A stretch of DNA of 64,000 nt from Bryobacterales bacterium. GTDB taxonomy: Bacteria; Acidobacteriota; Terriglobia; Bryobacterales; UBA6623. The translations under genes and the position numbers were made by a program. The stretch is taken from NCBI GenBank assembly GCA_965238045.1, contig CBDEGU010000011.1:203555-267554 (forward strand), written 5' to 3'. Under the pieces are notes generated by a model. It was not told where the DNA came from. It saw only the letters and a program-made list of their open reading frames with translations, and ran no database searches. Positions 56,381 through 64,000 of the stretch are shown piece by piece (positions within the stretch are counted from its first letter, which is position 1; every line of letters starts with the position of its first letter).

Positions 56381-56827
56381 ATGACACCGCGCATGAAGTT
56401 TGGTCTTGTCACCACGGTAATCCTAGGTGTATTGGGCTGGCTGGCCGTCGACGGCATCAACGCCGACGCCACCTACTACGTTACGGTCAAGGAGCTTCAG
56501 TCGATGGACTCGGACTCGGCCGCGCGCCGGCTGAGAGTGGGCGGCGATGTGAAGGAAGATTCCATCGTACGAACAGCCGATCGGGTGGAGTTCACCATTC
56601 TGCAAGAAGATGCTGAATTAGATGTGGTCTACGTTGGGCGCGACCCGCTACCGGATACGTTTCGCAACGGCGCGCAGGCGCTCTGCACCGGGAGACTGCG
56701 CTCTGACAACGTCTTTGAAGCGCGCCAGATTCAGGCGAAATGCGCGTCCAAGTACGAGGCCGATCCAGGGGCCGGAAACAAGCCCGTTTACGACACTGCC
56801 GCCGATCCGAACAAGGCGTCGCTGTAG
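56381..56827 (+). CDS. ccmE: cytochrome c maturation heme chaperone CcmE, CXXXY variant
   Basis: ATG 56381 follows GGAGA. It has an N-terminal TM anchor and an OB-fold-length domain. The heme-binding position reads QAKCASKYE (Cys codon 56741-56743), where canonical CcmE has HxxxY. Confidence 0.85.
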   Translation: MTPRMKFGLVTTVILGVLGWLAVDGINADATYYVTVKELQSMDSDSAARRLRVGGDVKEDSIVRTADRVEFTILQEDAELDVVYVGRDPLPDTFRNGAQALCTGRLRSDNVFEARQIQAKCASKYEADPGAGNKPVYDTAADPNKASL

Positions 56828-56924
56828 TTGGCTGGCCGTGCGTTTGGTTGGGGTCCATCCCGCGTCACCATTCCCGGTGATGGGTGGCTCCCGCCCAACT
56901 AGTGCCCGCGTGGCGTGGTAAAGC

Positions 56925-58920
<1,996 letters not shown>

Positions 58921-58940
<20 letters not shown>

Positions 58941-59406
58941 TCTCTTGGTGCTGGTTCTGGCCGCCGCCGCACCGGGCCAAACTGTAGCCGAGGCCGGCAG
59001 CGAGGCCTATCTCAAGAGCCGCGAGATCGGTCGTCAGCTCAAGTGCCAGTGCAGTTGTTCCTACACCATCGCCGACTGCAATATGCTCCACTGTTCGTTC
59101 CGTGAGAGCGTCACTCCCGACATCAAAGAAGCCGTTGCCGCCGGTTTACCCGCCGCAACGATTGTCAAGAACATCATCGCCAAGTATGGCAGCCAGCTTC
59201 GCACCGCGCCCCGTGCCGAGGGTTTTGGTCTCTTTGGCTGGGCGATGCCCTTTGTCGCTATCTTGCTCGGACTGATCGCCGCGCCGATTCTCATCTGGCG
59301 CTGGAAGACCAAGTTTGAGCAGCGTCCGGCGCCGGCCCCCGCCGAGGAGGCGGATATGGCCCGCTATGAAGAGGAAATCGAGCGGGACCTCGCCAAGCTC
59401 GAATAG
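58921..59406 (+). CDS. ccmH: CcmH/NrfF family protein with non-canonical Cys motif
   Basis: Signal peptide. LKCQCSCSYTIADCNMLHC aligns without gaps to the canonical LRCxxCQNQ.(I/L)..SN region. It has a C-terminal TM helix. It overlaps the end of ccmF by 20 nt. Confidence 0.75.
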
Positions 59407-59413
59407 CATTCCC

Positions 59414-59743
59414 ATGGTCATCTTCCTCACCGTCGTCGTCGTCGTGATCGCCTTCGCCTTCCCGTTCATGATTCGGGAGAGTTCGCTGCCGCGACCCGAG
59501 CCCGAATCTCCCACACGTCATCTGGAAGACCGCCGGGCGGCGATTTACGAGAACATGCGCGATCTGCAGGGCGAATATCATATGGGAAAACTCTCCGATG
59601 ACGACTATAAGCAGACGAAGCTGGACCTGCAAAAGGAACTCTCCGGCGTGCTGGCCGAGATGGAGCGCGTCGTAGCGGCACATTCAGAATTGAAGATGGA
59701 TAGCGTCGTGACCGGCAGAGGTTCCACCGAAGCTTCCGGCTGA
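59414..59743 (+). CDS. small single-TM protein with charged coiled region (possibly a CcmI/CycH N-terminal-like module)
   Basis: ATG 59414 is 8 nt after the ccmH stop. The sequence is MVIFLTVVVVVIAFAFPFM, then LEDRRAAIYENMRDLQGEYHMGKLSDDDYKQTKLDLQKEL. Confidence 0.45.
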   Translation: MVIFLTVVVVVIAFAFPFMIRESSLPRPEPESPTRHLEDRRAAIYENMRDLQGEYHMGKLSDDDYKQTKLDLQKELSGVLAEMERVVAAHSELKMDSVVTGRGSTEASG

Positions 59744-59752
59744 TTCTCGCTC

Positions 59753-60856
59753 ATGCGACACTTGATTCTTTCGCGCTGCGTCCCTGTGCTCGTGGCGCTC
59801 GCCGTCACGGCCGGGCTGCCAGCGCAGATGGTGGTCAAGGGTACGGTTTACAACGAGACGACGGGTCAGCCGCAGGCGGGCGTGTCCCTGTCGCTGGTTT
59901 CCTTCGAGGGAGGAATGAAGCCGCTCGAAGATGTCTTCAGCGGACCTGACGGGAGTTTCGTTTTCGTCAAGACTCTCCCCGGCTCCTCGCGGCAGCCCAT
60001 GCTTGGGATGGTGAGAGCCGAGTATGAGGGGATTCCTTACAGCACCCTGATTCGCGCCGGCCAGGACGCGGGAACTCTTCGCGTGGCCGTCTACGCGCTG
60101 GAGGAGAAGCAGCTCCCCACGCCCAGCGCGCACGTGGTCATCTTCGAGCCGGGCGCCGGCGAAATGGTGGTCAACGAGAGCTTCATGTTTACCAACGAGA
60201 CCGATCCGCCTCGCGCCTATCGCAATCCCGAACGCGGTACTTTGCGATTCTATCTGCCCCCCGAGGCCAAGGGTGTCGTGCAGGTTTCGATGAGCGGAGC
60301 GATGGGCATGCCGCTTCGCAGCAGCGCCACCAAGACGGCCCAAGACAATGTCTACATGGTGGACGCGCCGATTAAGCCTGGCGAAAACCGTATCGATATC
60401 AGCTACCTGGTCCCGCACGCGAGCGGCGACAGCTTTACCGGCCGCCTGCTCTACAAAGGAGTGACGAGCCGCCTCGCCGTGCCCGCCGCTGTGACTCTCG
60501 ACGGCGAGGGACTCGAGTCGATGGGACGGGAGCCCCGAACCCAAGCGTGGCTCTTCCAGACTTCCGCCGTCGAGTCCTACACCGTTACGATCTCGGGAGA
60601 AGGCAGCATGCGGCCGCCGGAATCCGCTTCCACCACGGGCGAAGAGAGGGGAGGGATGCGCGTCGCCGCGGCACCGCTTGCCCAAGAGTTGTACTGGTTG
60701 CTGGGCCTGATCGGAGCGGTGCTGGCGGTCGGGTTCGCTTACCTCTATACCGCCAAGCCTGCTCTCGCCGCCGAGCCCGCCGCGGCCGGCACCGCGGCCC
60801 GCACAGGCGCGGGCCGTCCCAAGGGAAGCGCGCGGTCCCGCCGCCGCAAGTCATGA
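59753..60856 (+). CDS. exported, C-terminally anchored protein of unknown function within the ccm cluster
   Basis: Signal peptide. The N-terminal block VVKGTVYNETTGQPQAGVSLSLV...GPDGSFVF is carboxypeptidase-regulatory-like. The C-terminal TM is LYWLLGLIGAVLAVGFAYLY, followed by a basic tail. The stop overlaps the ccmA start (ATGA). Confidence 0.65.
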   Translation: MRHLILSRCVPVLVALAVTAGLPAQMVVKGTVYNETTGQPQAGVSLSLVSFEGGMKPLEDVFSGPDGSFVFVKTLPGSSRQPMLGMVRAEYEGIPYSTLIRAGQDAGTLRVAVYALEEKQLPTPSAHVVIFEPGAGEMVVNESFMFTNETDPPRAYRNPERGTLRFYLPPEAKGVVQVSMSGAMGMPLRSSATKTAQDNVYMVDAPIKPGENRIDISYLVPHASGDSFTGRLLYKGVTSRLAVPAAVTLDGEGLESMGREPRTQAWLFQTSAVESYTVTISGEGSMRPPESASTTGEERGGMRVAAAPLAQELYWLLGLIGAVLAVGFAYLYTAKPALAAEPAAAGTAARTGAGRPKGSARSRRRKS

Positions 60857-61548
60857 GTGAGGCGGCGATTTCTCTGCGCGATGTCTGGAAGTTTTTCGGT
60901 GAGTTTCCGGCCATTCGCGGCCTCAATCTCGAAGTGCCCGCCTCGGGCGTGCTGGCGCTGCTGGGCAGAAACGGGGCAGGGAAGACCACGCTGCTGCGCA
61001 TCATGGCCGGGCTGCTGCGGCCCTCGAGAGGAAGCATCGAGATCCCCGGATCTCAAGACCGTCTCGAGCAAGCCCGCTCCATTGGGATGGTCGGCCATGG
61101 TCAGTGGCTCTATGAGGATCTGACGGCGAAGGAGAACCTCGAATTCTTCGCGGCGCTCTATGAGGTCGCCGGCGCTAAAGAGCAGATTGCTCATTGGCTG
61201 GAGGCGACCGAACTTTGGAAGTTTCGTGACTCCCGTGTTGGCGAATTCTCACGTGGGATGCGCCAGCGGCTCACCGTCGCGCGGGCGTTCCTGCACGACC
61301 CCAGGATTCTGCTGCTCGATGAGCCCTGGACCGCTCTCGATGACCGCGCCATGGACTTGGTATCATCGCTTCTTCTCGACGCGCGCTCCCGAAGCCGCAC
61401 GGTCGTCGTCTGTTCGCATCAGCTTCACGAGACGCTGAGCGTCGCCACGCACATCGCCGTCCTGGAGCGCGGCCGCCTCATCTTTCGCGGCGAGAATACC
61501 GACGAATTCAAGTCTTCCCCGCGCGACTTTTACCAGAGAATCTCGTGA
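60853..61548 (+). CDS. ccmA: heme exporter ATP-binding protein CcmA-like
   Basis: Walker A is GRNGAGKTT, the signature-like block is FSRGMRQRLTVARAF, and Walker B is ILLLDEPWTALD. It is directly followed by ccmB, with a GTGA overlap. Confidence 0.8.
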   Translation: MSEAAISLRDVWKFFGEFPAIRGLNLEVPASGVLALLGRNGAGKTTLLRIMAGLLRPSRGSIEIPGSQDRLEQARSIGMVGHGQWLYEDLTAKENLEFFAALYEVAGAKEQIAHWLEATELWKFRDSRVGEFSRGMRQRLTVARAFLHDPRILLLDEPWTALDDRAMDLVSSLLLDARSRSRTVVVCSHQLHETLSVATHIAVLERGRLIFRGENTDEFKSSPRDFYQRIS

Positions 61549-62228
61549 CCCGTTTCTTCCGGCAGACTTGGACGATCGCCGCCAAGGATCTCCGCACGGA
61601 GCTTCGCAACAAGGAGGCCCTCAACGCCGCGCTCGCGTTCACGCTCGTGATTTTGCTGCTCATGAGCTTCGCGTTCGACCCGGTATCGAATCCAGACATT
61701 CGTGATACCACCGGCGGTCTGCTCTGGATCGTTTACCTGTTTGCCGGCGTCCTCATTCTGAACCGCAGTTTCGCGCGCGAGACCGCCGGCGACTGCATCG
61801 AGGCGCTGGTCGCCTCGCCGCTGCCGCCCGGCGCTCTGTATCTCGGCAAGGTCGTCTCCAACTCTCTCCTGCTCGTCGGCATCGAGGTGCTCTCGCTCCC
61901 GATCTTCGGAATGTTTTATAACGTCGACTGGACGAGCAACTTCGGGACGCTTTTCATCGTGCTGTTCCTGGGTAGCTGGGCACTGGCGGCGGTGGGCACG
62001 ATTTTTAGCGCCGTCACGGCCAACAATCACCTGCGCGAACTCATGCTGCCGCTACTGGTGATACCGATTACCTTGCCGGCGATGATGGCCTGCGTTCAAT
62101 TGACATCCATCCTGTTGATGGGAGAACCACTCGGCGACTCCATCGCCTGGCTGAGACTCCTGCTGGGCTTCGACATCATCTTCACCCTGCTGGGCGCGGT
62201 TCTGCTCGAACCCGTTCTGCTGTCCTGA
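61545..62228 (+). CDS. ccmB: heme exporter membrane protein CcmB
   Basis: 227-aa, six-TM-type protein. The N-terminus FFRQTWTIAAKDLRTELRNKEALNA is typical of CcmB. Confidence 0.8.
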   Translation: MTRFFRQTWTIAAKDLRTELRNKEALNAALAFTLVILLLMSFAFDPVSNPDIRDTTGGLLWIVYLFAGVLILNRSFARETAGDCIEALVASPLPPGALYLGKVVSNSLLLVGIEVLSLPIFGMFYNVDWTSNFGTLFIVLFLGSWALAAVGTIFSAVTANNHLRELMLPLLVIPITLPAMMACVQLTSILLMGEPLGDSIAWLRLLLGFDIIFTLLGAVLLEPVLLS

Positions 62229-62237
62229 CCTGCTTTC

Positions 62238-62254
62238 CCCGGCCCGCGGCCGGG
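62238..62254. terminator. GC hairpin between convergent genes
   Basis: CCCGGCC-CGC-GGCCGGG (7-bp stem) is 10 nt after the ccmB stop. There is no U-tract. Confidence 0.25.
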
Positions 62255-62343
62255 CGAAGCGGATGAGACGGCAGGCCGCTTTGCGGTGCCATCTGATCAC
62301 AGGCAAGCCGGGCGCGCCCGGTCCCCGCGGCGAGAAACGCGAA

Positions 62344-62865
62344 CTAAACGGTCTGCAACTCGACGCGATCTTGCAAATATAGTAGTGTTCTTCGCCGTTG
62401 CTGCTCGACCGGTTCCGCCGGGAAGTCTTCTCGTACTTCCCGGTAGATGCGGTTGAGTTCTTCGATCAGGGCGAGGTCGCCGATCATGCGGCCGAAGGAT
62501 AACCAGGCCAGGGCCAGCGGCGCCAGCGCCCACCATCCGGCGCTCGAGAAGCCCGCCAGCGCCACATGATTGAGGATATCAAGGAATAGAAGAAAGCCTG
62601 TGGTTTCTTCGTATTGAGGGGGCCGGTCCAGTGAGCTGACAAACGCGTAGCGGTACTGATAGACACCGTGGCCGCAAAGAACAAGCAGCCAGATGAAATA
62701 GATCGCCAGGGCATCTTGGGCCAGGAAGAACATCAACACCCCCAGCAACCCGAAGGTTCGAATCCCTCGAAGGACGGCCAACTTCCGCGCCTTGGGCTTC
62801 GTGAAGATTGGAGCGCCGGGCGTCAGCCACAGCATCTTAAGCTTCAACAGCAGGATTCTCATCAA
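62344..62865 (-). CDS. hypothetical membrane protein
   Basis: The 173-aa ORF has 3-4 hydrophobic segments (FGLLGVLMFFLAQDALAIYFIWLLVLC, GFLLFLDILNHVALAGF). I recognise no motif. Confidence 0.45.
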   Translation of the reverse strand: MMRILLLKLKMLWLTPGAPIFTKPKARKLAVLRGIRTFGLLGVLMFFLAQDALAIYFIWLLVLCGHGVYQYRYAFVSSLDRPPQYEETTGFLLFLDILNHVALAGFSSAGWWALAPLALAWLSFGRMIGDLALIEELNRIYREVREDFPAEPVEQQRRRTLLYLQDRVELQTV

Positions 62866-63040
62866 CGGACGAACGCCGATGTGACGCTCGTGGCCAGTTT
62901 GAGCCCACTCGCCCCCTAGATCTATCAGTGACTCCCTCTAGGTAAGGTCAAGAAAACACCGTAATACTCGGAGTTCGAAGCACACGTGACAGGCGTCCGG
63001 TGAAGGAAGCCGAAGCTATTCCCCCCCTGCGCGGCCACTC

Positions 63041-63931
63041 TTACCCCGCAAGGTTCGCGATGACATCCCGCACGCCAGGCACCAGAATTTCCGCCAATCG
63101 CAGGTTGGTTTCGCGGTCTAGATCGGAGACCACAAAACCAAGATCTTGCTCCGTCTCGAAGGCGGCTATTTGATAGCCGTCCTCGTCAGCGGCGAATATG
63201 GCTACGCCGCTGGCGCGCGCAACCGGCAGCACGCCCGCCGCCGCCAGCGAGTCATCGCCTTCCTTAGGGGTCAAAATGACAGACAGCAGACTGCCGTCTT
63301 CCCCCGCCACCGCCAGGTGAACATAGGTCCGGCCGCGATAGCGGCAGCGGTGCGCCAGTCGCAACTCCGAACTCTCGGAGATCTTGTCGCGCACGACCGC
63401 CGCCAGAGGCGCGAATTCACGACCCATGCTCTTGGTCAGGTCGCGTTCCTCGACCGGCCCATGCAGGATTTGACGGTACACCGTGCAGTGGAGATGATCT
63501 CCCAAGCCTAACCCGATCGTAGATCGGACTCGGGCCAAGATCGAATCGATATATCGCTCCTGCGCAAGCAGAGCTGGAGGAGAGTGTCCAGTCAGGTAGA
63601 CGGCAAGGGACCACACAGTGGCGCCAACGATGAGGATCGCAGCCGCGGCCGCGATCCAAGCTCTGCTGCTGGTGTGCGCCGAGTCCGCGGCCAGAACCTC
63701 CCCAATGGCCGTTCGCACTTCGGCCGGCGCCGTATGGGCCCGCGCGCTCCCGGCGATGGTCCGGCGAAGAAGCATGATTTGACGCGATTCCTCGCCGCAG
63801 CGAGCGCAGGCGGCTAGGTGCCGCCGTACCTCCGCCTCCGCCTCCCTCGGCAGTTCGCCGTCTGCGTAGGCGTTCAGATGTTCCCGAATATCGGCGCAGG
63901 AGGCTCCGTCCCCGCCGGAAGGGTTCCTCAT
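63041..63931 (-). CDS. anti-sigma factor (zf-HC2 type) with one TM segment
   Basis: N-terminal HLNAYADGELP...RRHLAACARC (H-x3-C-x2-C). The TM helix is WIAAAAAILIVGATVWSLAVYL. It lies directly downstream of a sigma-factor-like 3' end. Confidence 0.7.
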   Translation of the reverse strand: MRNPSGGDGASCADIREHLNAYADGELPREAEAEVRRHLAACARCGEESRQIMLLRRTIAGSARAHTAPAEVRTAIGEVLAADSAHTSSRAWIAAAAAILIVGATVWSLAVYLTGHSPPALLAQERYIDSILARVRSTIGLGLGDHLHCTVYRQILHGPVEERDLTKSMGREFAPLAAVVRDKISESSELRLAHRCRYRGRTYVHLAVAGEDGSLLSVILTPKEGDDSLAAAGVLPVARASGVAIFAADEDGYQIAAFETEQDLGFVVSDLDRETNLRLAEILVPGVRDVIANLAG

Positions 63932-63932
63932 G

Positions 63933-64000
63933 CTAAGCCCGTCCTCTGGCGCCCGTGGCTGTTTCCGCCTGAGTACGCCCGCTCGAGAGCAGCTTCCTCA
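63933..64000 (-). CDS. probable ECF sigma factor, C-terminal end only (rest outside the window)
   Basis: The frame is open from the window edge and ends at TAG 63933-63935, 1 nt before the anti-sigma ATG. The call rests on position only. Confidence 0.35.
   Translation of the reverse strand, partial: RKLLSSGRTQAETATGARGRA

Noticed and set aside
62751-62770. GGTTCGAATCC, a tRNA T-loop-like string.
   Set aside because: The flanking bases do not form a T-stem (GAAGG vs CCCTC). No acceptor or anticodon arms are present. It lies inside a coding ORF.

Overview
High-GC bacterial chromosomal segment. It is probably from an Acidobacteriota genome of the Solibacter/Bryobacter type. That placement is an inference from a Solibacter-type C-terminal domain, a VWFA-related acidobacterial-type gene, Tat-exported enzymes and TonB-receptor content. 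About 50 protein-coding genes can be supported. Reading left to right: (1) a TonB-dependent receptor with a set of exported enzymes, namely two tandem Tat-signal SelA-like PLP enzymes, an HpcH-like aldolase and a serine hydrolase; (2) a TenA/PqqC-like protein and an Ldh_2 oxidoreductase; (3) a membrane-embedded NACHT NTPase, a PilZ-J-domain fusion, aspartokinase lysC, a PIG-L deacetylase and a TPR-receiver protein, bracketed by two loci of hairpin-type repeats; (4) a decayed zone with an eroded metallophosphoesterase, a truncated VWA gene, an intact ISL3 element and an IS1 remnant; (5) an ABC transporter pair, a membrane protein with three excisionase-type HTH modules, a GH20-like protein, pepA and a Rieske/cytochrome b-diheme c complex; (6) an orphan flp pilin gene, an MFS gene with an in-frame TAG, an SDR, a methyltransferase, a LuxR regulator and three GT-C-like membrane glycosyltransferases; (7) a tad/cpa pilus operon (tadV-cpaB-cpaC-cpaE-cpaF-tadB-tadC); (8) a large beta-propeller protein and an OM barrel; (9) a System I cytochrome c maturation cluster (ccmE-F-H ... 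ccmA-B). The most interesting signals are these. The tad operon has a G8-tract frameshift in tadV, two more 8-nt G/C tracts nearby, and an IS1595 insertion in tadC with a perfect 8-bp duplication. The triple-HTH membrane protein is an unusual architecture. The NACHT NTPase carries transmembrane segments. The Ccm system has a CXXXY CcmE, a C-x-C-x-C CcmH and an uncharacterised embedded gene. No rRNA, tRNA or CRISPR array was seen. I could not identify one clear new multi-gene system, so the candidates are listed with their limits.
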